This document shows, one piece after another, positions 9,114-16,838 of a DNA stretch of 33,439 nucleotides (position 1 is the first letter of the stretch; each line of letters starts with the position of its first letter). This stretch comes from Eubacteriales Family XIII. Incertae Sedis bacterium (GTDB lineage Bacteria; Bacillota; Clostridia; Peptostreptococcales; Anaerovoracaceae), in the NCBI GenBank assembly GCA_031289235.1, contig JAITPU010000028.1, forward strand, positions 1 to 33,439, in the 5' to 3' direction. The position numbers were made by a program, and so were the translations under genes. Under the pieces are notes generated by a model. That model did no database searches and was not told where the DNA came from. It worked only from the letters and a program-made list of their open reading frames with translations.

Positions 9114-9200
9114 TTACTATTCAAACATCGGCGGGGAACCTTTGTCGTCCCCTCCTGAACCGCGCTGACCTGATTCGCGCGGACGCCGCGCGCTCATAAG
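9114..9200 (-). repeat. GC-rich dispersed intergenic repeat, family A, copy A1
   Basis: 9114-9138 matches 32635-32659 at 23/25 positions. 9154-9200 aligns with 12066-12117 and 16106-16156. It contains hairpins GGGGA/TCCCC and CGCGCGG/CCGCGCG and lies directly 3' of the M50 peptidase stop. Confidence 0.7.
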
Positions 9201-9204
9201 ACTA

Positions 9205-9924
9205 TTATAATACCGAAAACCAAACCCAGTATATAAAATTGAAAATCGTATTCACGGCGGGTTCCAGTATCCTTCCCGTAACGCCGAATATGATCAGCGC
9301 CATCAGGATCGGGAATCCAAGATCGTATATTCTGTACCAGATTTTTTTATGCCGGAGATCGAATATTTCCGTCACTATATTGAAGCCGTCCAGCGGCGGC
9401 ACGGGCAGCAGGTTAAACACCATCAGCACCAGATTGATCAATATCACGTTCCAAACTATCGTAAACGCGATATTTCCCATATCGGACGTCAAAAAGAGTT
9501 GATCCCGCAAAACTTTCAGAAGGCCGGTGAATATAAACGCGAGGATGAAATTCATGACGATCCCCGCTATGGACACGAAAAAACTGTCCCTCCGCGTGTG
9601 AGAGAAATTCTCCGGATTGATTTGCACAGCCTTTCCCCAGCCGAAACCGATGAAGACCAGCGCAATCAGCCCGACGGGATCTATATGAGCGAAAGGATTG
9701 ATCGTGACCCGGCCCTGCAGCTTCGGAGTAGAATCCCCAAGCAGACTCGCCACTCCCGCGTGCGCGAATTCGTGGAAAGCCAGCCCGATGAATACGCCCG
9801 GTATGATGAGCAGAGTATTAAAAAACCAGTCTCCCGGATTTGAAAAACGCCCGTTTAAAATCGACATCGCCGCCATAATGACAATAAGGATAATCGCCGA
9901 AGGGTTTTTAAAGAATTGCCTCAC
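9205..9924 (-). CDS. M50-family (site-2 protease type) membrane metallopeptidase
   Basis: 239 aa, polytopic, with HEFAHA (HExxH) in a TM segment and the second M50 signature NLLPVPPLDG. The GTG start overlaps the upstream DUF815 gene by 17 nt. An internal ATG start at 9876 cannot be excluded. Confidence 0.8.
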   Translation of the reverse strand: MRQFFKNPSAIILIVIMAAMSILNGRFSNPGDWFFNTLLIIPGVFIGLAFHEFAHAGVASLLGDSTPKLQGRVTINPFAHIDPVGLIALVFIGFGWGKAVQINPENFSHTRRDSFFVSIAGIVMNFILAFIFTGLLKVLRDQLFLTSDMGNIAFTIVWNVILINLVLMVFNLLPVPPLDGFNIVTEIFDLRHKKIWYRIYDLGFPILMALIIFGVTGRILEPAVNTIFNFIYWVWFSVL

Positions 9925-11170
9925 TTGCTGTTTTCCCTTTCACGTAATTGATAAACTGCCGCGCGGTACGCCCAGACCTGCCGCCCTGACGGGTCGCCCA
10001 GACGAGCGCCTCGGCTTCGAGCTTGTCCGCGCTCTTTAAGCCTTCCCGCCCCGCGAGACCGCGAACGATTTCCAGATACGCCTGTTTGTCAGGCGCGCCG
10101 AACGTCACGGTCAGGCCGAAACGATCCGCGAGAGAACGCTTTTCCTGAATCCCGTCGTTAAGATTTATATCGTCCTGCCCTTCCCGTTCCTTCCACACTT
10201 CCCTTATGATATTCCTGCGATTCGACGTCGCGCAAATAAGCACATTGTCCGCCTGCCCGCGAACGCTTCCTTCCAGCGCCGATTTAAACGCCTTATAACC
10301 GCGCTCATTTTCCTCAAACGAAAGATCGTCGATAAACACGACGAACTTACATCCGCGCTCTGAAAGCGCAGCCGTGAGCGACGGCAGGTCGCCGATTTCA
10401 TCTCGCGGCAGCGAGACCAACTTCAAATTTCGCTCTTTAAACGCGGTGAGCAGAGCTTTTACGCAGGAAGATTTTCCCGTGCCCCGGTCGCCGTAAAGCA
10501 GCATGTTGTTGTACGGCAGACCGTTTACAAAAAACGCGGTATTTTCGATGATCTTTTCCTTTTGCGGCGCATATCCGATCAACTGACTGAAACTAACCGC
10601 GTCATAGCGCGCGACGCCGTCCAATTTCCCGTTCCATACGAAAGCATCGTACTTTTCAATGACGCCGCTTCCATAGCGCTCATAATAGGAAAAAAGAGCG
10701 TCAGCCTCAGATCCGTCCTCAATCAAAAGGCAATCCCGCAACAGCGCTCTTTTCGCGGATACTTCGGAACTTCCTTTCCACACGGCGACACAGGAAGCCG
10801 GGCCGCCGAAAAATTCGGAGACAGCCGTCCAGTTCCACAAACAAATTTTCCGTATCAGAGGAAGCTCCAAAGCCGCCAGCGCCGTCAACCGCGGTTCTTT
10901 TTTGCCGCGTTCGGCGGAAAGGCTGAACGGATTTTCACTGGCGGCGACCAAGGCGGCTATATAATTCTGCCACAACGCGCCGCTTGCCGCCGCCAACTCG
11001 TCTCCGGCGGCAAGCAAGGCCCTCTGCACGCCGCAGTATTCCGCTTCAAAACGCGATACGTTTTTCTGATTTTCAAAGGCTTCGAAGATCGTCGCCGCCT
11101 TACGCACGGTTTCATCACCGCGCAAATCGTCGAAAAGTATGAATTGTTCAAGGAAACTTTTTTTATTCAA
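9908..11170 (-). CDS. DUF815-type AAA/P-loop ATPase, function unknown
   Basis: 420 aa with Walker A LLYGDRGTGKSS and Walker B VVFIDDLSF. The C-terminal half resembles the DUF815 ATPase family, and the ~190-aa N-terminal region is not recognised. TTG start follows GGAGAAGG. Confidence 0.7.
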   Translation of the reverse strand: MNKKSFLEQFILFDDLRGDETVRKAATIFEAFENQKNVSRFEAEYCGVQRALLAAGDELAAASGALWQNYIAALVAASENPFSLSAERGKKEPRLTALAALELPLIRKICLWNWTAVSEFFGGPASCVAVWKGSSEVSAKRALLRDCLLIEDGSEADALFSYYERYGSGVIEKYDAFVWNGKLDGVARYDAVSFSQLIGYAPQKEKIIENTAFFVNGLPYNNMLLYGDRGTGKSSCVKALLTAFKERNLKLVSLPRDEIGDLPSLTAALSERGCKFVVFIDDLSFEENERGYKAFKSALEGSVRGQADNVLICATSNRRNIIREVWKEREGQDDINLNDGIQEKRSLADRFGLTVTFGAPDKQAYLEIVRGLAGREGLKSADKLEAEALVWATRQGGRSGRTARQFINYVKGKTASEAIL

Positions 11171-11193
11171 AGCCTTCTCCGTTCGTCCATGTT

Positions 11194-11222
11194 AAAAAAG
11201 ACGCCTCACGCAGCGTCCTTTT
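11194..11222 (-). terminator. rho-independent terminator after the CYTH gene
   Basis: On the - strand: AAAAG-GACGC-tgcgtgag-GCGTC-TTTTTT. This is a 5-bp GC core extendable by A-U pairs, followed by a U6 tract. Confidence 0.6.
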
Positions 11223-11233
11223 ACGCACAATTT

Positions 11234-11280
11234 TTATCGCCCCACCAACTAAAAAAGGTCGAGGATTTATTTCGTCAGGC
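11234..11280 (-). repeat. dispersed intergenic repeat, family B, copy B1
   Basis: TTATCGCCCCACCAACTAAA..AAAGGTCGAGGATTTATTTCGTCAGGC aligns with 13309-13363. The left block matches at 17/20 and the right block at 22/26, with a 10-nt indel between them. Confidence 0.7.
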
Positions 11281-11320
11281 CGTGAACTTTTAGCCGGCTA
11301 AAAAATGACAGCGACAAATT

Positions 11321-11950
11321 TTACGCGCCGTTTTCTTTGAGAAGCTGCAATCCGCGCTCGTATTTCGTCCTGCTTTCCGGCGCAAGCGAATACTGTCCGG
11401 CAAGCTTTTCGCCTATCTGCAAAAGCGCGGCTTGTTCACCTGAAAACAGCTCTATTTCCAACTCGCGTATCGGAAGATTTCCAAAATCTGTCACGATTTC
11501 CCCTTCGTCTACGGATACCTCGCAGATGCAGCCGCCGGTATCGACGCGCACCCTGCTCCGCAAAAAATTCGTTTCGAACACGCTGTGCAGTTTACTGTCC
11601 TCCAAAAGCTCTAACAATGTTTTCCCCGCGCCGCTTTCCCTGAATATAGCCGGATCAGGCTGTATAAAACACGTTTCGTCGTCTATTGGGACGTTGATCT
11701 CTTCCCGGGTGTGCAGGCCGCCGACTTCAGAACCGTTCCATTTCAGCGACGCGACGATCCTGTTTCCTTCCATCCTGACGCGAAACGCGACGTCGCTGCG
11801 CAACAGACGGCGGTCGTCCGTGTCAAAATACGCCGCCTTCATATAGATCCTTTCCCTCGAATCCTTTTCTTCTATGCTTCTGATATATTCGTCCTCCCAA
11901 ATAAGGGCGGCGGCCTCGGCGCTGACGCCGTATTTGAGCTCTATTTCCAT
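11321..11950 (-). CDS. CYTH-domain protein (triphosphate tunnel metalloenzyme family)
   Basis: 209 aa starting MEIELKY, which is the ExExK signature at the N-terminus of CYTH/TTM proteins, followed by alternating basic and acidic beta-strand pattern. Start moved from 12052 to ATG 11950, which follows AAGGGA. Confidence 0.75.
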   Translation of the reverse strand: MEIELKYGVSAEAAALIWEDEYIRSIEEKDSRERIYMKAAYFDTDDRRLLRSDVAFRVRMEGNRIVASLKWNGSEVGGLHTREEINVPIDDETCFIQPDPAIFRESGAGKTLLELLEDSKLHSVFETNFLRSRVRVDTGGCICEVSVDEGEIVTDFGNLPIRELEIELFSGEQAALLQIGEKLAGQYSLAPESRTKYERGLQLLKENGA

Positions 11951-11991
11951 GCTTTGATTTCCCTTGCAGACCAGCTTGTATTTTGCGGCGG

Positions 11992-12017
11992 CGCTGAAAA
12001 CAAAGGATCTTTCAGCG
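11992..12017 (-). other. 5'-terminal stem-loop of the predicted CYTH mRNA
   Basis: 8-bp stem CGCTGAAA/TTTCAGCG (plus-strand 11992-11999/12010-12017) with a 10-nt loop. It begins at about the predicted TSS of the 12024-12052 promoter. Confidence 0.4.
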
Positions 12018-12023
12018 GCTTTT

Positions 12024-12052
12024 ATTTTACCATGGAAATGACAGTAATGCAA
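12024..12052 (-). promoter_or_regulatory. sigma-70-type promoter candidate for the CYTH gene
   Basis: On the - strand: -35 TTGCAT (12052-12047), 17-nt spacer, -10 TAAAAT (12029-12024). Confidence 0.5.
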
Positions 12053-12065
12053 CTGCCATCTCTTC

Positions 12066-12117
12066 CGGAACCGCGCCGACGCGCTTCGTGCGGGCGCTCC
12101 GCTCGTATGCCCGCAAT
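12066..12117 (-). repeat. family A repeat, copy A3 (right-hand module only)
   Basis: CCGCGCCGACGCGCTTCGTGCGGGCGCTCCGCTCGTATGCCCGCA aligns with 16111-16155 at about 37/46. Both copies carry the TGCGGGC...GCCCGCA 7-bp hairpin. Confidence 0.7.
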
Positions 12118-12190
12118 ATTACTCCGGGGAAGACAGAGACCTCCTGCTCGCTTACATGTATACCTTTGAACTTCAAGGTCAAAAATTTCT

Positions 12191-13252
12191 CTATACTTCC
12201 AAGTAATAATCCTTGTCTTCGATTTTTTTCAACCGCTTCATCGCGGCGTTTATAAGAAGCGCCAAAACCGCAGGCAGCACAAAATGGAGCAAAAGCACGG
12301 AAAGCAGAACGAACGGGGTAAAGCCCATCGAAGTAAAGGTTCCGATCTGCCCTACGAGTCCCGACGATCCCATACCCGCCCCGGCGGGTATGTTGGTCAT
12401 ACCGAACACAATAGTAGATAGCGGCCCAAGAATCGCCGCTGTCAGCGTCGGGGGCACCAATATCCACGATTTGCGGATTATGTTAGGAACCTGCAGCATG
12501 GAAGTGCCTAAGCCCTGCGCGAATGAGCCGCCTATGCCGTTAGCCTTATAACTGATCACGGCGAAACCTATCATCTGAGCGCAGCACCCAACAGTGGCCG
12601 CGCCCGCCGCCAAACCTGAGAGGTCTATCATGATGCATATCGCGGCGCTGGAGACCGGAGCGGTTAAAAGCAGGCCTACGATTACGGAAACGGTAATGCC
12701 CATGAGAAACGGCTTCAGTTCCGTCGCGTTCATGATCAGCTGCCCAAACTCTTTCAGCAGAGCGTCTAAGGCGGGGCCGAACAGCTTCGCCACGACACAG
12801 CCCATGATGACCGTGAGCGCCGGCGTGACTATAATATCCACCTTAGTTTCCTTCGAAACAGCCTTTCCGAACTCCGCGCCGACAGCCGCGGCGAGAAAAG
12901 CGCCCGCCGGTCCGCCGGCCAACGCTCCAAAGCCGCCTGTCGCGACGCTGGCGAAGATCACCAAAGGCGGCGCTTTAAGACCGAAGGCCACCGCCGCTCC
13001 GACGGCCGGTCCCATCATGCTCATGATAAAACCGCCTGTTTCCGCCATAAACGCGAATACGAGGTTGTCCCCAAAAAGGATCGCCGCCTGCTCCCCGACA
13101 GTCCGTATTATCAGCCCGATTATGAGAGAGGAGAACAGTCCAAGCGCCATTGAGGAAAGCGCGTCGTAAAGGTAACGTTTATCCGAAAATTCTATATCTT
13201 TCCGTTTTAAAAAATTTAAAAAACCATTTACTAAATCCTTAATTTTCCCCAT
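12191..13252 (-). CDS. polytopic membrane protein resembling orphan PTS EIIC-type (PTS_EIIC_2-like) permeases
   Basis: 353 aa, about 10 TM segments, Gly/Ala-rich. The N-terminus (FLNFLKRKDIEFSDKRYLYDALSSMALGLFSSLIIGLIIRTVGEQ) resembles stand-alone EIIC-like proteins. No EIIA, EIIB, HPr or EI gene is in the window. Start set at ATG 13252, which follows GAAAGG. Confidence 0.55.
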   Translation of the reverse strand: MGKIKDLVNGFLNFLKRKDIEFSDKRYLYDALSSMALGLFSSLIIGLIIRTVGEQAAILFGDNLVFAFMAETGGFIMSMMGPAVGAAVAFGLKAPPLVIFASVATGGFGALAGGPAGAFLAAAVGAEFGKAVSKETKVDIIVTPALTVIMGCVVAKLFGPALDALLKEFGQLIMNATELKPFLMGITVSVIVGLLLTAPVSSAAICIMIDLSGLAAGAATVGCCAQMIGFAVISYKANGIGGSFAQGLGTSMLQVPNIIRKSWILVPPTLTAAILGPLSTIVFGMTNIPAGAGMGSSGLVGQIGTFTSMGFTPFVLLSVLLLHFVLPAVLALLINAAMKRLKKIEDKDYYLEV

Positions 13253-13308
13253 TTTGTGCCTTTCATGCATTTCAATTTTACTTTTTGCCCATAGCATTGA
13301 CCCGGCGC

Positions 13309-13363
13309 TTATTGCTCCGCCAACTAAACACCGGAACAAAAGGGCAGGGATTTTTCGTCAGGC
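13309..13363 (-). repeat. family B repeat, copy B2
   Basis: TTATTGCTCCGCCAACTAAA-(10-nt insert)-AAAGGGCAGGGATTTTTCGTCAGGC; see copy B1. It lies in the preA-EIIC intergenic region. Confidence 0.7.
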
Positions 13364-13392
13364 GCGGCGCAGGTTCCGCAACAAGCGAAGTT

Positions 13393-14646
13393 TTATTCGT
13401 AATGACGCTTTATGACGACATCGCCGGCTCTACGGCCTTCCTTGAACTTGATTTCTCCCGGCAATATGCATTCCTGCACCGGGCATACGTTCAGACAGAG
13501 GTGGCAGCCCACGCAATTGTCGTTGAGCTTGGGCCGTCTTCTTTCCTCATCCCAATCAATGGCTTGGTGAGCGCCGTCATAGCAGGAGATGTAGCACCTT
13601 CCACAACCGATGCACCTGTCTTCGTCGAATGAAGGCAGCACCTTAAAATCACGATTGAGATCTTCCGCCGGAATGATGTTGGACAGCGCCCCGCCGACCA
13701 GTTCGTCCACGGAACTCACGCCTTTTTCATCCATGAAGTGGGAAAACCCGCTGATCATATCCTCGACTATGCGGTAGCCGTACTGCATTATGCCCGTGGT
13801 TACTTGTATGTTCCTCGCGCCCAATAAGACGAATTCCAGCGCGTCCTGCCACGTTTCGACGCCGCCTATGCCGGAAAACTCCACACCTTTCAGCTTTTCG
13901 TCCTTTGCCATCTGAGCGATGAATCTGAGAGCGATGGGCTTCACCGCCGCGCCGGAATAGCCGGATATTGAGGACTTGCCGTCGACAACAGGCATTGACG
14001 TAAGGTTTTCAAGGTCTATGTTCGTAATGGATTTGATAGTGTTTATAGCGGAAATGCCGGCTGCGCCGCCTTCGGCCGCCGCCCTCGCGGGAATTTCCAT
14101 GCTGGTGATGTTCGGCGTCATCTTAGCTATGAACGGGAGTTTAGTAACTTCCGTCACCGCTTTGCTGTATCGCCGCACCAAGTCCGGCGAAGATCCCACG
14201 TCCGAACCCATGGCGTGGTTGCTCATCTGAGGGCAGGAAAAGTTGCCTTCTATCATATCGGCGCCCGCCTGTTCCGCCATTTTTGCTAATTTTTTCCATT
14301 CATCGTCGTCGCTGCCCATTATAGAAGCGACCATGAGCTTATCGGGATAATCTCTTTTCAGCCTCGCGATATTTTCAAAGTTGAGTTCCGTCGGTTTGTC
14401 GGAAATCTGTTCCATATTCTTAAACCCGACCCAGCGAAGCCCCTCTTTGCTGTTATTGTCAAATCTCGGCGAGCATTCGTCCGCCACAAAAATTCCGACA
14501 GTCTTGTAAAACACCCCGCCCCATCCGGCTTCGAAACTCTTTGCGACCATTTCGTAGCAGCTGCCGACGGGAGATGAGGAAAGGAAGAACGGGTTTTCGC
14601 ATTTCAAGCCCAGATAGTTTATCGATAAATCTTTCTTTACTGCCAT
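13393..14646 (-). CDS. preA: NAD-dependent dihydropyrimidine dehydrogenase subunit PreA (DHOD-like FMN domain plus 2x[4Fe-4S])
   Basis: 417 aa with a class-1 DHOD-like TIM barrel and active-site NFSCPQM. The C-terminal ferredoxin motifs are [11 protein letters not shown] and [12 protein letters not shown]. Confidence 0.85.
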   Translation of the reverse strand: MAVKKDLSINYLGLKCENPFFLSSSPVGSCYEMVAKSFEAGWGGVFYKTVGIFVADECSPRFDNNSKEGLRWVGFKNMEQISDKPTELNFENIARLKRDYPDKLMVASIMGSDDDEWKKLAKMAEQAGADMIEGNFSCPQMSNHAMGSDVGSSPDLVRRYSKAVTEVTKLPFIAKMTPNITSMEIPARAAAEGGAAGISAINTIKSITNIDLENLTSMPVVDGKSSISGYSGAAVKPIALRFIAQMAKDEKLKGVEFSGIGGVETWQDALEFVLLGARNIQVTTGIMQYGYRIVEDMISGFSHFMDEKGVSSVDELVGGALSNIIPAEDLNRDFKVLPSFDEDRCIGCGRCYISCYDGAHQAIDWDEERRRPKLNDNCVGCHLCLNVCPVQECILPGEIKFKEGRRAGDVVIKRHYE

Positions 14647-14663
14647 TTTATCTCACCCCTTCC

Positions 14664-15935
14664 TTATTTGCCGAGAAACGACATCATATCGAAAGCCGCG
14701 CCTTTTCCCGCCGCAACCGCTTCCACTGCCGTTTTCCCGTTGTTCACGATATCTCCGGCTGCGAACACAGCTTCAGCGTCGGTCGTTCCGTTGCGGGACG
14801 TCATGATAGTACCTTTTTCGGTTAATTTAACGCCGGTCAGCCAACTCATATCCTCGGGATCCTGCCCGATGGCGAACACGACGGCGTCCGCGGCGACTTT
14901 CGCTTCGGATTTTCCGTCCCTGCCTCTGAACGACACGTATTCCACCCTGCCGGTTCCGCTGATCTCAGACGGAGCGAAGTTCGTCGCGACAGTGATTCCT
15001 ATGGAAATCGCATACCGGATTTCATCCATATTCGCGGGCGCTTCTTCCAAAGTTCTCCTGTAATAAATCACGACTTGTTCCGCCCCGGCAAGCTTCGCGG
15101 TCACAGCGCTGTCGACGGCTACATCGCCGCCGCCCACGACGACGACGCTCTTGCCCTTTATCTCGGGAACACCTCCTGCTTCTCTCGCTTTTTTCAGAAA
15201 ATCGACAGCGGTAAAAACTCCGTTCAAATCGGATCCCGGGATGTCGGGCCTCTTGGCGCGCCATAATCCGGCGCCGACAAAGAAGGCTTTGAATCCTTTC
15301 TTTCTCAGATCATCCAAACTCACGTCCCTGCCGACTTTTTTGCCGAATTCAAATTTGATTCCGAGACCGGCCGTCATCGCGACGTCGTGATCCACCACAC
15401 GCTGAGGAAGTCTCGCGGGTAGGACGCCGTATGTCAGCATTCCTCCCGCTTTTTCCTCTTTTTCGAATATGGTGACCAGATAGCCCGCCTTAGCCAATTC
15501 CGCGGCGCAGGCAAGAGAAGCCGGACCCGCGCCTATACAGGCGACCTTCACGCCGTTCGTCCTTTCCGGAGCTTTCAGCGTCCGCATCCCGAACGCCTCT
15601 TCCTGTTCGACGGCGTACCTTTGCAGCCTGCCGATTTCGATCGGCCTGTCGATGCCGCACCGGCTGCACTCTTCCTCACAAAGCCTGTCATACGGGCAGA
15701 TCCTCGCGCATGATCCTCCCAGCACGTTATTTTCACGGATTGTTTCGGCCGCACCCTTAGTGTTTCTGAAACGGATAGAGCGAATGAATTTTGCCGGATC
15801 TGTTCCCGCGGGACAGCCTTGGCTGCACGGCGCGTCATGGCAAAGCAGACAGCGCGCGGCCTCCTCTATAGCCGTACGGTGTGTAAATCCCGCGACAGCT
15901 TCCGAAGAATAGTCACTTTTGAACACTTTACTCAT
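14664..15935 (-). CDS. preT: dihydropyrimidine dehydrogenase subunit PreT (GltD-like FAD/NAD oxidoreductase)
   Basis: 423 aa with N-terminal Fe-S cysteine clusters (CLLCHDAPCSQGCP, CARICP) and two Rossmann GxGxxG motifs (CIGAGPASLA, VVGGGDVAVD). It lies 17 nt upstream of preA. Confidence 0.8.
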   Translation of the reverse strand: MSKVFKSDYSSEAVAGFTHRTAIEEAARCLLCHDAPCSQGCPAGTDPAKFIRSIRFRNTKGAAETIRENNVLGGSCARICPYDRLCEEECSRCGIDRPIEIGRLQRYAVEQEEAFGMRTLKAPERTNGVKVACIGAGPASLACAAELAKAGYLVTIFEKEEKAGGMLTYGVLPARLPQRVVDHDVAMTAGLGIKFEFGKKVGRDVSLDDLRKKGFKAFFVGAGLWRAKRPDIPGSDLNGVFTAVDFLKKAREAGGVPEIKGKSVVVVGGGDVAVDSAVTAKLAGAEQVVIYYRRTLEEAPANMDEIRYAISIGITVATNFAPSEISGTGRVEYVSFRGRDGKSEAKVAADAVVFAIGQDPEDMSWLTGVKLTEKGTIMTSRNGTTDAEAVFAAGDIVNNGKTAVEAVAAGKGAAFDMMSFLGK

Positions 15936-16022
15936 TCGACCTTACCCTCCCGCCTGCTCGACTTTTACGCCGTCAAATAATCCGGAAAACCGTGAACCTC
16001 TAATCTGATTTTCCCTTTCTTT

Positions 16023-16057
16023 ATTATACATTATATCAATTAAATCACAAAAGTAAA
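16023..16057 (-). promoter_or_regulatory. two overlapping sigma-70-type promoter candidates for preT-preA
   Basis: On the - strand: TTGTGA (16050-16045)-16 nt-TATAAT (16028-16023), and TTTACT (16057-16052)-16 nt-TATAAT (16035-16030). The surrounding stretch is AT-rich and an ~85-nt leader follows. Confidence 0.5.
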
Positions 16058-16080
16058 TATAAAGAACCGCCGCTTCTCCA

Positions 16081-16156
16081 AGTTAGTTAATCGGCGGGGG
16101 TTGCTGTAATCCCCGCTGACGCGCTTCATGCGGGCGCGGCGCTCAAAGCCCGCAGG
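16081..16156 (-). repeat. family A repeat, copy A2 (overlaps the cbiO stop codon)
   Basis: AATCGGCGGGGG-loop-CCCCGCTGACGCGCTTCATGCGGGCGCGGCGCTCAAAGCCCGCA has the same architecture as A1. Its last ~14 nt encode the CbiO C-terminus (..EACGL*). Confidence 0.7.
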
Positions 16157-16838
16157 CCTCCATTAGCCCCGCGTCCTCCAACAATTCAACGCTGCCGTCG
16201 GCGAAAACTTTTCCATTTTTCAGCATTATGACGCGATCGCAAACAGCCGACGCAAAAGAGAGGTCGTGCGTCGCGACGCATTTCACGGGCGACAGTCCAT
16301 TCATCAAATCTATCAGCGTCCGTTTTGCCTTCGGGTCGAGAAAGGCCGCGGGTTCGTCGAACAGCATGACCGGCGGCTGCATGACCAAAACGGTGGCTAT
16401 CGCGGCGATCCGCTTTTCGCCTCCCGAAAGTTTCAGCGGGGAACGCTCACCGATATGAGCGATGCCCAATCGCCGCAGGGTTTCATCCGTCAGGCGCTTG
16501 GCCTCATCTTTCGAAAATCCGAAATTAAGCGGTCCGAAAGCCACATCGTCACATACGCGCGGCATGAACAACTGATCGTCCGGATTTTGAAAAACCAAGC
16601 CGACGCTGCGCCCTATCCGGCGCGCTGTTTTCGCGTCCAGTTTTACTCCCTCTATTTTTATTACACCTTCCGCCGCCTCCAATACGCCTGCCAGCGCCAG
16701 CAGAAGCGATGTTTTCCCCGCGCCGTTCGCCCCGATCAACGCGACGCTCTCTCCTCTTTCGACGGAAAGGCTGATTCCGTCGATCGCCTTCGTCCCGTCA
16801 GGATAAACCACGGCAAGGTCTTCGATTTCAATTATCAC
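16143..16838 (-). CDS. cbiO: ECF transporter ATPase, cobalt/nickel type (CbiO)
   Basis: 231 aa with Walker A GANGAGKTS, signature LSGGEKR and Walker B MLFDEP. The GTG start overlaps the cbiQ stop (GTGA). Confidence 0.85.
   Translation of the reverse strand: MIIEIEDLAVVYPDGTKAIDGISLSVERGESVALIGANGAGKTSLLLALAGVLEAAEGVIKIEGVKLDAKTARRIGRSVGLVFQNPDDQLFMPRVCDDVAFGPLNFGFSKDEAKRLTDETLRRLGIAHIGERSPLKLSGGEKRIAAIATVLVMQPPVMLFDEPAAFLDPKAKRTLIDLMNGLSPVKCVATHDLSFASAVCDRVIMLKNGKVFADGSVELLEDAGLMEACGL

Noticed and set aside
9154-9170. CtsR-like heptad direct repeat GGTCAGC-GCG-GTTCAGG (- strand) upstream of clpB.
   Set aside because: Only 5/7 and 4/7 positions match the GGTCAAA-NAN-GGTCAAA consensus. The same sequence is part of the family-A repeat found at unrelated genes, and no CIRCE element was seen either.
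11992-12029. Hairpin followed by TTTTATTTTA on the + strand, which looks like a + strand intrinsic terminator in an all-minus region.
   Set aside because: The T-rich run is the complement of a - strand -10 box (TAAAAT) that has a matching -35 TTGCAT at 17-nt spacing. The hairpin is better explained as the 5'-terminal stem-loop of the CYTH mRNA.
12162-12179. Near-palindrome ACCTTTGAA-C-TTCAAGGT just 3' of the EIIC-like stop.
   Set aside because: The arms are imperfect (one extra base), the loop is too small, there is no U-tract and no second copy was found. The evidence is insufficient to call a terminator or operator.
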